In this document: one piece after another, positions 1-9,400 of the stretch | Layout: each line of letters begins with the position of its first letter | Numbering within the stretch: position 1 is the stretch's first letter | Assembly (NCBI GenBank): GCA_964530135.1 | Contig: CAZGXN010000004.1 | Location: forward strand, 15,983 to 79,982 | DNA length: 64,000 nt | Direction of reading: 5' to 3' | From: an uncultured Bdellovibrionales bacterium | GTDB lineage: Bacteria; Patescibacteriota; Minisyncoccia; Moranbacterales; UBA1568 | The notes under the pieces: generated by a model | Seen by the model: only the letters and a program-made list of their open reading frames with translations | What the model was told of the DNA's origin: nothing | Database searches by the model: none | Made by a program: the position numbers and the translations under genes

Positions 1-476
1 TTTTTAGACAGGCCACGCGATTCAGCGAAGAACAGTGCTTCGGCGTTGAGTGGTGCGGTCGTTGCGGCATGGTGACAGATGACATCATGGGCGTGGATTT
101 CGAGCGATGGTCGAGACTGAACGCGGGCATCGGGTGAGAGGAGGAGAGCCCGGCTCTCTTGGGAAGCATCGGAGCGATGAGCGTCTGCGGCGATAGTGAT
201 CACGCCGTCGTAGGAAAACGCTGCAGTGTCGCTGAGTGCGACTTTTATCAGGGCCGAGGAAACGGTATCTGGAGCGATATGTCGCTGGGTGAGGTTGAGT
301 GATTGTTTGGTTGTGTGGCTACCGGTATAGAGTGCAAAGATGTGGGCTGCCGCCTTGGAATGAGCGAGCTCAATCACGATCTTTCCAGTTCGGTTCAGTA
401 TGAAAAAAATCACCGGTTCCCGATCGGTGAGACGGTAGAGCGTCTTTGTGTCTTGTGAGATATCCTGAAAGCGCAT
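1..476 (-). CDS. sufD: SufD-like Fe-S cluster assembly protein (3' end runs off window edge)
   Basis: ATG at 476-474 lies 2 nt after the sufB stop. The frame stays open to position 1. Translation MRFQDISQDTKTLYRL...SRALLLSPDARVQSRPSLEIHAHDVICHHAATTAPLNAEALFFAESRGLS matches the conserved C-terminal block of the SufB/SufD family. Confidence 0.55.
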   Translation of the reverse strand, partial: MRFQDISQDTKTLYRLTDREPVIFFILNRTGKIVIELAHSKAAAHIFALYTGSHTTKQSLNLTQRHIAPDTVSSALIKVALSDTAAFSYDGVITIAADAHRSDASQESRALLLSPDARVQSRPSLEIHAHDVICHHAATTAPLNAEALFFAESRGLSK

Positions 477-477
477 A

Positions 478-1884
478 TTAGCCGACTGAACCTTTCATTT
501 CAAGATTGATAAGCCGATTGAGTTCGATGGAGTATTCGAGTGGGATTTCCTTCACGACGGGATCGATGAAGCCGTTGACGAGGAGTCCCTCGGCATCACT
601 CTTCGTGATACCTCGTGAGGTTAAGTAGAAGAGCTTCTCCTCACCGATCCGTTCGACGGTCGCTTCATGTTCAACCGTCGCAGTCTTTTCGTTCACTCGC
701 ATCGTCGGATAGGTGTCGGAACGCGAGTGTTCGTCGAGGAGGAGCGCATCGCAGACCACCGAGGCTTTGGCATTGGTTGCTCCCTCCGCGATGTGGACCA
801 GACCACGATAGGAAGTGCGCCCGCCGTCTTTGGCGATTGATTTTGAAATGACACGTGAAGTAGTGTCGGGTGCAAGGTGGACCATCTTGGCACCGGCATC
901 CTGGTGTTGATCACGGCCGGCATAGGCGATGGAGAGCACTTCACCGCGGGCGCCACGACCGGCGAGGTAGACCGCGGGATACTTCATCGTGACCCCGGAA
1001 CCGATATTACAGTCGATCCATTCCATGAGGGCATTTTCCTCAGCTCGCGCTCGTTTGGTAACGAGATTATAGATATTTTTAGACCAATTTTGAACGGTTG
1101 TGTAGCGAACGCGGGCATTTTTCTTCACGAAGATCTCGACGACGGCAGAGTGGAGCGAACTGGAGCGATAGATAGGTGCTGTGCAGCCTTCGATATAGTG
1201 CACGGAGCTGCCTTCCTCGGCGATTATGAGGGTCCGTTCGAATTGACCAAAGGACTCAGCATTGATACGGAAATAAGCCTGAAGCGGGAGCTCGACCTTG
1301 ACCCCTTTCGGGACATAGACAAAAGAGCCACCGGACCAGACGGCAGAATTGAGTGCGGCGAACTTGTTGTCTTGGGGCGGGATGAGTGTACCGAAATACT
1401 CCTTTACGATTTTTGGATATTTTTTTACGGCGGTATCCATATCACAAAAAATGACGCCGAGCTTGGTTAGTTCTTTGTGAACGCTTTCATACACGACTTC
1501 GGATTCGTACTGGGCCGAAACTCCGGCAAGGAAATTTTTCTCTGCTTCGGGTACGCCAATCTTGTCATAAGTATCCTTGATCTCTTTTGGCAAATCTTCC
1601 CATGACTGTGACTGCTCTGAAGTTGCTTTTAAATAATAGGTGATTTTTTCGAAATCAATACCCGAAAGATCAGCACCCCAATCGGGCATCGGCTTGTCGA
1701 GAAATGTCTGATAGCTTTTTAAACGAAAATCACGCATCCATTTCCCTTCGCCTTTGACACCGGAGATTTCGACAACTGTGGCTGCGTCCAAACCTGCGCT
1801 CGTCTTATGGACGGAGCGTTCAGGCATGGAGAAGCCGAATTGATAGTCTCCAAGGTCAACTGATTGTTTCTTAGGCGCAGTCAT
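478..1884 (-). CDS. sufB: Fe-S cluster assembly protein SufB
   Basis: 468 aa with full-length SufB-type sequence (…YTTVQNWSKNIYNLVTKRA…, …GLLVNGFIDPV…). It follows sufC in a compact operon. Confidence 0.9.
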   Translation of the reverse strand: MTAPKKQSVDLGDYQFGFSMPERSVHKTSAGLDAATVVEISGVKGEGKWMRDFRLKSYQTFLDKPMPDWGADLSGIDFEKITYYLKATSEQSQSWEDLPKEIKDTYDKIGVPEAEKNFLAGVSAQYESEVVYESVHKELTKLGVIFCDMDTAVKKYPKIVKEYFGTLIPPQDNKFAALNSAVWSGGSFVYVPKGVKVELPLQAYFRINAESFGQFERTLIIAEEGSSVHYIEGCTAPIYRSSSLHSAVVEIFVKKNARVRYTTVQNWSKNIYNLVTKRARAEENALMEWIDCNIGSGVTMKYPAVYLAGRGARGEVLSIAYAGRDQHQDAGAKMVHLAPDTTSRVISKSIAKDGGRTSYRGLVHIAEGATNAKASVVCDALLLDEHSRSDTYPTMRVNEKTATVEHEATVERIGEEKLFYLTSRGITKSDAEGLLVNGFIDPVVKEIPLEYSIELNRLINLEMKGSVG

Positions 1885-1892
1885 GAGAAAGA

Positions 1893-2630
1893 TTATTTGA
1901 TTGAGTCAAAACCTTTTTCTTCGATGCGTTTGGCGAGGGTGGACCGGCCAGTTTTGATGAGACGGCCAGCACGCAATACGAGTACTTTGTCAGGCTGGAT
2001 TGTTTTAAGGAGTCGGGTGGAATGGGTGATGAAGATAAGAGTGGTTTCTTTGGGGAGATGTTTTTTCAGAAACTTTGCAATAGTTTTCAGGGCATCAACA
2101 TCGACGCCGGTGTCAATCTCATCAAAGATAGCAAAACGGGGCGCGAGGAGGACGGCTTGAAGGGCTTCGAGCTTTTTCTTTTCACCACCGGAAAATCCGG
2201 CGTTCAATGAGCGCTTCAATAGTTCATCTTTGATATGGAGCTCGTGGGCATACTTTGTGACAAGCGTGTGGAGTTTTACAGGATCAACTTTTTTTTCGAG
2301 TGCGAGGCGGAGGAGTTCGAAGACAGTAACACCCGCCAATTCCATCGGTGTTTGGAACGAGAGAAACACACCTAGTCGAGCGCGTTCATCGGGTGAGAGA
2401 GACTTCAGATCCTGCGCTCTCTTTGTGTGGGTAGGTTTTCCGATAAGGATCTTACTTGGTCGTGAAAGAGTGTATTTCGGGTGGCCCATAAGTGCGCTGG
2501 CCAGGGTGGACTTACCGGAGCCGTTCGGGCCCATTAGGGCATAGGTCTGACTCGGAAGAAAATCAAAAGAGAACTCATGGATGATTTTCTTGCCTTCGAT
2601 CGAAACGGAGAGATTTTTGAGAGAGAGCAT
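1893..2630 (-). CDS. sufC: Fe-S cluster assembly ATPase SufC
   Basis: Walker A GPNGSGKST and ABC signature LSGGEKKK are present. The start is taken as the ATG at 2630 (MLSLKNLSV…), 2 nt from the Rrf2 stop. The longer ORF reaching 2699 would overlap the regulator. Confidence 0.85.
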   Translation of the reverse strand: MLSLKNLSVSIEGKKIIHEFSFDFLPSQTYALMGPNGSGKSTLASALMGHPKYTLSRPSKILIGKPTHTKRAQDLKSLSPDERARLGVFLSFQTPMELAGVTVFELLRLALEKKVDPVKLHTLVTKYAHELHIKDELLKRSLNAGFSGGEKKKLEALQAVLLAPRFAIFDEIDTGVDVDALKTIAKFLKKHLPKETTLIFITHSTRLLKTIQPDKVLVLRAGRLIKTGRSTLAKRIEEKGFDSIK

Positions 2631-2631
2631 A

Positions 2632-3036
2632 TTAGCGTGCGTTATGTGACATTTGTTCGAGCGAGATATCGGAGAGTGTTTCCTCAATTTTTTCTTCAAG
2701 GGTCCGCCAGACCTGATTGGTTTGACAGTGACTCACTTGGAGACAGGGGAGCGTGCCTTTGATAGGCGGGGTGAACATTTCGATTGGTCCATCCAGGACA
2801 CGGAGGATATCCCAGGCGCTTGTTTCTTTGGCGGAACGGGCGAGGGTATAGCCACCAGTGACGCCTTTGGTGGACTCAACCAAACCGGCCTTGCGGAGCA
2901 TCTGGAGAATTTTTTCGAGATAGTCTTCCGGCAGATGTTCGGATCCGGCCAAAGTATGAATAGAAAGTGCCTGGTTGGACTGAGCGAGGGCGATTGCGGC
3001 CCGCAGGCCATAGTAGGCTTTTTTAGATATTTTCAT
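2632..3036 (-). CDS. Rrf2-family transcriptional regulator (IscR/SufR-like)
   Basis: 134 aa with an N-terminal wHTH (MKISKKAYYGLRAAIALA…) typical of Rrf2. It is first gene of the suf operon. Confidence 0.75.
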   Translation of the reverse strand: MKISKKAYYGLRAAIALAQSNQALSIHTLAGSEHLPEDYLEKILQMLRKAGLVESTKGVTGGYTLARSAKETSAWDILRVLDGPIEMFTPPIKGTLPCLQVSHCQTNQVWRTLEEKIEETLSDISLEQMSHNAR

Positions 3037-3100
3037 AACTCGGACTTATTCAGTCCGATATAGAATACCAGGGTTGATTTGGGCTGTCAATCTTGATAAC

Positions 3101-4144
3101 ATGAGAAGACTTTACTCTATGCAACAAACACCCTGGCTTGGATTTTGGGAGAGGCTCCCACGACCCTTCTTTGTTTTGGCACCTCTGGCCAATATCACGG
3201 ACTACAGCTTCCGTCAGTTCATGACGCGCTATCAAAAGCCGGATGTATTGTGGACAGAATTCGTAGCGGCTGATGGGCTTTGCCATCCGAAAGGCCGAGA
3301 GGCGCTTCTCCGCGACCTGCGTTTTGATGAGAATGAACGGCCCATTGTGGCGCAACTTTTCACTGGTCATCCGGAAAATATGTTTGAAGCCGCCAAGCTT
3401 ATCAAGGAGCTTGGTTTTGATGGGCTGGATATCAATATGGGCTGTCCTGATAAAAATGTGATGAAACAGGGGGCGGGAGCTGCTTGTATGAAAGATCATG
3501 CATTGGCAATCAGTGTGATTCAGGCCGCTCTGGAGGGGGTGCGAGCAGATGGTCGCAAACCCATTCCGGTTTCGGTCAAAACGCGACTGGGAATGAATCA
3601 TGATGAATTGGAAGTATGGTTGCCAAAAATTCTTGAGACGAAACCCGCGGCTATCACGCTCCATCTCCGGACTCGGAAAGAGATGTCACTTGTTCCAGCA
3701 CACTGGGATCGGATGGCGCGCGCCGTTGAGATCGCACAGGGGAGTGGGACGCTCATCCTTGGCAATGGCGATGTGAAATCGGTGGCTGAAGCCCGGCAGA
3801 AGTGTGCTGAAACTGGCTGCGACGGCGTCATGATCGGACGCGGGGTATTTGGCAACCCTTGGTTTTTTGATCCAATGAAAACAAGCGTTACGGTGCGCGA
3901 GCGACTTGAGGCAATGATGCTCCTGACCGTACTCTTTGAACAGACTTGGGGTGGCACGAAAAATTTTGAACTTTTAAAAAAGCATTTCCAAGCCTATGTT
4001 AATAACTTTCCTCTGGCTAAAGAGCTGCGCGTCGATCTCATGGGTTGTCAGAACGCTGATGAGGTAGAAAAAGGAGTAAAAAAATTCCTCAATGAACGAC
4101 CTGATATTGCTGCAGAAAAAGTCATTGAGAGATGGGGAATATAG
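3101..4144 (+). CDS. dus: tRNA-dihydrouridine synthase
   Basis: Dus family motifs LAPLANITDYSFR, DINMGCP and KTRLG (TIM-barrel flavoenzyme). Start is uncertain: TTG 3074, ATG 3101 or ATG 3119. Confidence 0.8.
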   Translation: MRRLYSMQQTPWLGFWERLPRPFFVLAPLANITDYSFRQFMTRYQKPDVLWTEFVAADGLCHPKGREALLRDLRFDENERPIVAQLFTGHPENMFEAAKLIKELGFDGLDINMGCPDKNVMKQGAGAACMKDHALAISVIQAALEGVRADGRKPIPVSVKTRLGMNHDELEVWLPKILETKPAAITLHLRTRKEMSLVPAHWDRMARAVEIAQGSGTLILGNGDVKSVAEARQKCAETGCDGVMIGRGVFGNPWFFDPMKTSVTVRERLEAMMLLTVLFEQTWGGTKNFELLKKHFQAYVNNFPLAKELRVDLMGCQNADEVEKGVKKFLNERPDIAAEKVIERWGI

Positions 4145-4234
4145 TTTTTTTAAACAAAGCCTGAGTGGGGTGAATATGCGGATATTTTCCGTGATTCTAT
4201 CAACATTCTCAGATGTGTGGGGTTGGGATACTGA

Positions 4235-4264
4235 TTGAAATCGGGAAAGTCCCTGTGGTATACT
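4235..4264 (+). promoter_or_regulatory. sigma70-like promoter TTGAAA-18-TATACT
   Basis: -35 TTGAAA at 4235-4240 and -10 TATACT at 4259-4264. It precedes the small ORF and ftsB. Confidence 0.4.
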
Positions 4265-4280
4265 GGCTGAGGAATCATTT

Positions 4281-4391
4281 ATGAGTTTTAAATCACGGCA
4301 TAGGAAGATTTATGTTGTCTGGGTCATCATTTCGGCCCTTGTTGCGTTGTCTATGGTGCTGTTTCTCGTCGCTCCTTTTTTCCTCTACTAG
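4281..4391 (+). CDS. small hydrophobic protein (36 aa), hypothetical
   Basis: ATG at 4281 follows GAGGAA at 4270-4275. The 36-aa product MSFKSRHRKIYVVWVIISALVALSMVLFLVAPFFLY is a single TM helix. It sits directly upstream of ftsB. Confidence 0.25.
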   Translation: MSFKSRHRKIYVVWVIISALVALSMVLFLVAPFFLY

Positions 4392-4394
4392 CAT

Positions 4395-4793
4395 ATGAGT
4401 TGGCGCTCGCCATGGACGCGTTTAGGACTCGTTGTGGTGCTCGGTATCGGTGTGATGGCGGGTTGGGCGAGTTACGGGCAGTATGAGCGTAGCCTCAGGA
4501 TTCAGCAGGAGATTGACAGTCTGAAACAAGAGGCAGAGCACATTGCGCGGGAGAATGAAACGCTTTCGGAAAAAATTCAGTATTTTGCCTCACCCGATTT
4601 CAAAGAGGAAGAAGCAAAAGAGAAACTGGGACTTCGGCGGCAAGAGGAGAAAGTTATCGCTATTGATGGAGATGTCCGACTTGCATCAGAGCCACTCCCA
4701 TCAGACAGTATGGCTGAACCAGAAAAGGTCGTTTGGGAGGTGCCGAATTACAAAAAGTGGTGGTCTCGTTTTTTCTCCTCGACGGCACACTAA
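4395..4793 (+). CDS. ftsB: septum formation initiator (FtsB/DivIC family)
   Basis: N-terminal TM helix, coiled coil (IDSLKQEAEHIARENETLSEKIQY) and the SPDFKEEEAKEKLGL motif typical of FtsB. Confidence 0.65.
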   Translation: MSWRSPWTRLGLVVVLGIGVMAGWASYGQYERSLRIQQEIDSLKQEAEHIARENETLSEKIQYFASPDFKEEEAKEKLGLRRQEEKVIAIDGDVRLASEPLPSDSMAEPEKVVWEVPNYKKWWSRFFSSTAH

Positions 4794-4810
4794 GAAAATA
4801 AAGATATGGT

Positions 4811-5866
4811 ATGGCTGAAGTAACATTGCCCATCAAACCGTTTACACCGCAGTGGCCAAAAATAATCCTCGCGTTTTTTGTGTGCGTGATTTTGCTCGCG
4901 ATTGGTGTTTTGGTGCTTGTTTACAAAATGCCGGACACGGCTGCCGGTCAGTTTTTTGCAAAGCGCTGGCCTTTTCCATTGGTACTTATTGATCAAAAAG
5001 TGGCTGTGACGACTGCGGCACTCTCTGCAAATCGTGAGGCCCTTCGGCGTTTTTATGAATCTCAGGATTTCACGGGGTTGGGTATGCGGGTTGATTTTAC
5101 GACAGCGGACGGTCAAAAGCGATTAAAGATTCGAGAACGAGATCTGATAAATAAAATGCTCGAAGATCAGGCTATTGAGCTCTTGGCCCACCGTCGAAAC
5201 ATCACTGTAACGAGTGAACAGATAGCGGCAGAGACCACAGTCAAGATGAAAGAGCTTGGTACGACGGATAAGGTTGAAGAAACGCTGGCGCGCCTGTACG
5301 GCTGGACAATTCCTGATTTTCAAACACAGATCGTGCGACCGGCCATGTATGAGGCAGCGCTTATCGAGGCATATACTTCCGAAGTTGATCAGACAGCGGC
5401 ACGAGAACGCATCGCTAAAGCTGCGGAGGCTTTGAAAGCGAAACAATCATTTGCTGAAGTAGCGCGAAATTTTTCTCAGGGTGAAACGCGGGCAGAGGGT
5501 GGAGCGCTAGGGTGGTTTCGACTCGAAGATCTCGCGCCGGAGCTCCGAAGTCCAGTGGATAATGCGGTGTTGAATGTGCCGACGGGTGTTGTCGAGAGTT
5601 CATTGGGGTACCATATTCTCCTTGTGGAGGAAACAAAGCTTGAAGCTGGGGAACGACTATATAAAATTCACCAGATTTTTATACGCAAAATGAGTTTTGC
5701 TGATTGGCTTACCCTCCAAATGAAGACACTACCTGTGAGTATTATCTCTGATGAGTACGAATGGCGGCGTGAAGAGGCTCGGATAGAGTTTCGATCCGAA
5801 GAAATGCGTACATTTGAAAAAAAATTACGGGAAAGTTCGGAGAGTGATCCAACTTTGCTCTTCTAA
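4811..5866 (+). CDS. PpiC-type peptidyl-prolyl cis-trans isomerase (PrsA/SurA-like), membrane anchored
   Basis: N-terminal TM helix. The parvulin domain shows GGALGWFRLEDLAPE and GYHILLVEE. Confidence 0.7.
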   Translation: MAEVTLPIKPFTPQWPKIILAFFVCVILLAIGVLVLVYKMPDTAAGQFFAKRWPFPLVLIDQKVAVTTAALSANREALRRFYESQDFTGLGMRVDFTTADGQKRLKIRERDLINKMLEDQAIELLAHRRNITVTSEQIAAETTVKMKELGTTDKVEETLARLYGWTIPDFQTQIVRPAMYEAALIEAYTSEVDQTAARERIAKAAEALKAKQSFAEVARNFSQGETRAEGGALGWFRLEDLAPELRSPVDNAVLNVPTGVVESSLGYHILLVEETKLEAGERLYKIHQIFIRKMSFADWLTLQMKTLPVSIISDEYEWRREEARIEFRSEEMRTFEKKLRESSESDPTLLF

Positions 5867-5879
5867 GTAATATAGATAG

Positions 5880-7190
5880 GTGAGTATGCAAGATAATAAT
5901 GATTTCAATGTTTCTAAAGATGTCGGCACATCACCCAAGGTTGTTGTACCGGAACCCGCTGTTGTTCGTTCGACTTCTTCAGCACCTGTTTCGTCAGTTC
6001 GGTGGATATATATCATGTTCGTGGCAGCTTTCTTTGGTTTGGTAGGTGGATACGTAGCGCAAATAACAGATACACCTGCCGCTATTACAAAACTGCTTCG
6101 TCCTCAGTCGTCGGTGTCGCGTGAGTATTCGGAGACAAGTCAGCGGCCCGTTTTGTCACCGGAGGATCAAACCATTGTTAGGGTGGTGGAGGAGAGTGCT
6201 CCGGCTGTGGTGAGTATTGTCATTACAAAAGATGTCCCAAAGGCTCGGAGCTTCTTTGGGTTTCCCTTTTTCCGCGGCCAATCCGGTATGGGTGGGGAAG
6301 AGAATCAGTCGACACGGCAGACAGTTGGCCATGGTTCCGGGTTTTTTGTGAGTCCGGACGGGTATATTGTTACCAATAAGCATGTTGTGTCCGATACCAA
6401 GGCTGAATACACGGTTATTACGAGTGATCGGCAGGAATTTCCGGCAACAGTGTTGGCGCTTGACCCGGTCAATGATGTGGCAATTATCAAAGTCAACGGC
6501 GATGCTTTTCCAGCTCTGAGGCTTGGTGATTCAGATGCACTACGCGTCGGTCAGACGGCGCTTGCCATTGGCAATCCCCTTGGTGAATTTGCCAATTCAG
6601 TTTCACGGGGCATTGTTTCTGGTCTCAAACGGCAGGTGACGGCTGGGATTTCATACGGACAAGAGGAAGTCCTTCGGGATATTATCCAGACGGATGCTGC
6701 AATCAATCCCGGGAATTCAGGAGGGCCACTCCTTAATCTTTCAGGCGAGGTCATTGGCATCAATGTCGCTGTGGTGAGTGGTGCTGAGAATATCGGTTTT
6801 GCTATTCCAGTGAACCAGATTAAACGCGCCGTGGATGAGGTGAAACAGACAGGCAAGATTGTGACGCCCTATATCGGTGTGCGTTATATTATTTTGAATG
6901 AAGCTCTTGCCCGTCAGGCTGGACTACCCTTTACTTGGGGTGCACTTATCCAGCGTGGTGAGCAACTCACCGATCTTGCAGTGATTCCAGGCTCACCAGC
7001 GGATAAGGCCGGTTTGGTGGAGAATGATATCATTCTCGAGATTGATGGACAGAAAATAGATAGTGAACACTCACTGGCGAGTATTATCGGAGCACATCGA
7101 GTAGGTGATACAGTCAAGCTTCGGGTTTTTCATAAAGGCGATGAGAAAAATGTTTCGGTAACGCTTGAAGAGCGGAAAGTATCGAATTAA
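5880..7190 (+). CDS. htrA: HtrA/DegP family serine protease with PDZ domain
   Basis: Catalytic triad motifs are intact: TNKHVV (His), DVAIIK (Asp) and GNSGGPL (Ser). A C-terminal PDZ domain is present. Start is GTG 5880 or ATG 5886. Confidence 0.85.
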   Translation: MSMQDNNDFNVSKDVGTSPKVVVPEPAVVRSTSSAPVSSVRWIYIMFVAAFFGLVGGYVAQITDTPAAITKLLRPQSSVSREYSETSQRPVLSPEDQTIVRVVEESAPAVVSIVITKDVPKARSFFGFPFFRGQSGMGGEENQSTRQTVGHGSGFFVSPDGYIVTNKHVVSDTKAEYTVITSDRQEFPATVLALDPVNDVAIIKVNGDAFPALRLGDSDALRVGQTALAIGNPLGEFANSVSRGIVSGLKRQVTAGISYGQEEVLRDIIQTDAAINPGNSGGPLLNLSGEVIGINVAVVSGAENIGFAIPVNQIKRAVDEVKQTGKIVTPYIGVRYIILNEALARQAGLPFTWGALIQRGEQLTDLAVIPGSPADKAGLVENDIILEIDGQKIDSEHSLASIIGAHRVGDTVKLRVFHKGDEKNVSVTLEERKVSN

Positions 7191-7252
7191 ATCACAGAAT
7201 CCCTTTGGAGGGAAGGTATCTCCTTGGCACTTTTTCTCAGGGCGAGTAAGAT

Positions 7253-8074
7253 GTGCTCAGGTGTCAGGCGGAGTCCAGACGATTTTCGTCGGACATGGTT
7301 GATTCAAAAGCCCAATCCATGGTTTTTCATTTTACAGTTTTCCTCTTTTCGGCCGTTTTCTACGGTATGCTTATGGTTCTTCTGCAGGAACCTATTGTAC
7401 CATCGTGGTCTTGGTATAGCTCTACGATTTCTGTTTTTGTCATGCTTTCGATGGTCGCTTCGCGTAAGTTGACTGAAAAATGGTATCCGGCATTCTTGCC
7501 AAGCGTCGTATCCTTTAGCACCCTTCTGCTCCTCTCACTGATTGATGTTGTTTTTGAACAACGGGTATTTGTTTGGGTAGCGACGGGACTTTTTTATGCT
7601 GCGCTCCTTGGTATTTATCGGCTGAAACTTTCCCCTGGAGATGAAACTGCGCGGGCGCTTCTGAACACAGCCGCATTTGCGAGCCTTTTTTTCACCTATG
7701 CAGCAGCCTACGGTTTGTACCTGAACTATACTGTTCCTTTGGCACTCCTGATGTTTGTTTTTTTTCTCGCGACGGCCATCATTGCTTTCCAGACACTCTT
7801 TTGGGCGGGGCATGACGATTTTCTCGAGGTCCTTCTTACCGTTCTTGCACTCGGAACTATTTTGGGCGAACTTATTTGGGTCATCCATTTTTGGCCCGTC
7901 GGTTACCTTACAGTCGGTGCTTCAATGCTTATTTTTTTCTATCTCCTCTGGCACTTGGCATTTGATTTTTTTCGCGGGACGGTTAATGGAAAGAAAATTT
8001 TTATTGAAACCGGTATTTTGCTCATACTCCTCGCTCTCCTCCTCGTGACATCACCGTGGCGCGTGCGGGTATAA
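7253..8074 (+). CDS. polytopic membrane protein, hypothetical
   Basis: 273-aa ORF with about 7 hydrophobic helices. It lies between the two HtrA genes. Start is uncertain. Confidence 0.45.
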   Translation: MLRCQAESRRFSSDMVDSKAQSMVFHFTVFLFSAVFYGMLMVLLQEPIVPSWSWYSSTISVFVMLSMVASRKLTEKWYPAFLPSVVSFSTLLLLSLIDVVFEQRVFVWVATGLFYAALLGIYRLKLSPGDETARALLNTAAFASLFFTYAAAYGLYLNYTVPLALLMFVFFLATAIIAFQTLFWAGHDDFLEVLLTVLALGTILGELIWVIHFWPVGYLTVGASMLIFFYLLWHLAFDFFRGTVNGKKIFIETGILLILLALLLVTSPWRVRV

Positions 8075-8126
8075 TCGGTCGTTGCCGAAAAGGGGAGAAT
8101 ATGATACAAACCGTCATAGGCTCATT

Positions 8127-9299
8127 ATGGGATTTCTCACTATCTTCAAGCGATTTTTCCGTAATATCAGTTTTTTCCTGGCGCTTGCACTCGCGGCCGG
8201 TATAGTTGGTATTTTCTTCTTTGCTGTGCTCATCCCGAAGCTTTCAACTTGGTCATGGACAGCCCAGTTTGTGTGGCCAGGATCGTCCATAAATGGGCCG
8301 ACTATTATTCAAAGGACAGAACAGGTAGTACTTTCTCAAGAGGAGGGATTGGAACAATTTGTTCCTGCTCCCCGGACCGCTGTTGTGAGTATCAGCGCTC
8401 TTCCCATGGTGCGTTTAGGACGACTGACGGCCGGAAGTGTTGTTCCCCACACTTTTTCTGGTATTTTGGTGACGAATGATGGTCTCGTGGCGACTTATGC
8501 CAATGAGCCACCACAGATTGAGGGGCAGCGCTTTACCGTTTTCTTCGCTGATGGCAATGCGTCCCAAGCCCGTTTTTTAGCGTATGATCCAGTAGTCAAT
8601 GTTGCTTACTTCCGAACAGAACGAGCAGATACGCCCGCATTTCCTTTTGCAAATTCTACAGATATCCGTCAGGGGCGTCGTTTTATGGCATTGGCTGGAG
8701 CTGTGGATTCTGAAGCAGGAAAACTTGTTGCTGGCTACATCAGTGAACGATCACGTACATTTAACCTTTCCGGAAAGACGGTGGCATCGGCTGATGAATG
8801 GGAGGGTGTCTTTTTTCCTGATCGCTCGCTCGGATCTCGTTTTACGGGTGGCGCAGTGGTAGCGATGAACGGAGAGCTCATCGGACTCATCGGTACGCTC
8901 ACACTTGATACAACGGAACAGTCATTTATCCTTCCAGCGAATGTCCTCCGTCAATCACTGCAGCGCGTCATCAGAGGAAGTGCTGTGGTACAGCGTGCGA
9001 GTATTGGTGCATACTATGTTACCTTGACCAAAGAGACAGCGTTAACGCTGGGTACATCTCGGGATCGGGGAGCGCTTATCTTCACGCCCTCGGAGAAGCC
9101 AGGGTTGGCAGTGATTTCAAATTCTCTGGCAGCGCAAGCGGGACTTCGATACGGTGATATCGTAACGGCGGTGAATGGTCGTGAAATTAACCTTGACTGG
9201 CCGCTCTCAGTTGCCCTGTACGAGGTACCGGAAAATGGAGAGGTAATGTTGACGGTGCTCCGGGGTGGAAACGAGCAAACGCTTTCATTGAAGCGCTGA
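8127..9299 (+). CDS. catalytically inactive HtrA-like protein (trypsin fold + PDZ), membrane anchored
   Basis: It aligns to the adjacent HtrA by eye but lacks the catalytic residues. The His motif is replaced by TYANE and GNSGGP is replaced by GGAVVAMNGEL. An N-terminal TM helix is present. Start is ambiguous: ATG 8127 or TTG 8082. Confidence 0.55.
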   Translation: MGFLTIFKRFFRNISFFLALALAAGIVGIFFFAVLIPKLSTWSWTAQFVWPGSSINGPTIIQRTEQVVLSQEEGLEQFVPAPRTAVVSISALPMVRLGRLTAGSVVPHTFSGILVTNDGLVATYANEPPQIEGQRFTVFFADGNASQARFLAYDPVVNVAYFRTERADTPAFPFANSTDIRQGRRFMALAGAVDSEAGKLVAGYISERSRTFNLSGKTVASADEWEGVFFPDRSLGSRFTGGAVVAMNGELIGLIGTLTLDTTEQSFILPANVLRQSLQRVIRGSAVVQRASIGAYYVTLTKETALTLGTSRDRGALIFTPSEKPGLAVISNSLAAQAGLRYGDIVTAVNGREINLDWPLSVALYEVPENGEVMLTVLRGGNEQTLSLKR

Positions 9300-9349
9300 G
9301 CTTAGCATGAATATAACTTTTATTTAAGGCTTAGAAAGGCCATTTTTCT

Positions 9350-9378
9350 TTGACAGAGTGGTACGCATTCCCTACAAT
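9350..9378 (+). promoter_or_regulatory. sigma70 promoter TTGACA-17-TACAAT
   Basis: TTGACA at 9350-9355 and TACAAT at 9373-9378. It sits inside the 5' extension of the long proS ORF, so the ATG at 9401 is the likely real start. Confidence 0.5.
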
Positions 9379-9400
9379 AAAGAAAAAGTATAAGTTTTGT

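Noticed and set aside
877-1470. 197-aa plus-strand ORF inside sufB
   Set aside because: It is a shadow ORF of the strongly conserved minus-strand sufB frame.
3050-3664. 204-aa minus-strand ORF overlapping dus
   Set aside because: The opposite-strand frame (dus) has clear family motifs. This frame has none.
9350-9400. Longer proS ORF starting at 9350
   Set aside because: That stretch contains a consensus TTGACA-17-TACAAT promoter, so transcription would start downstream of 9350. The ATG at 9401 matches the ProRS N-terminus.
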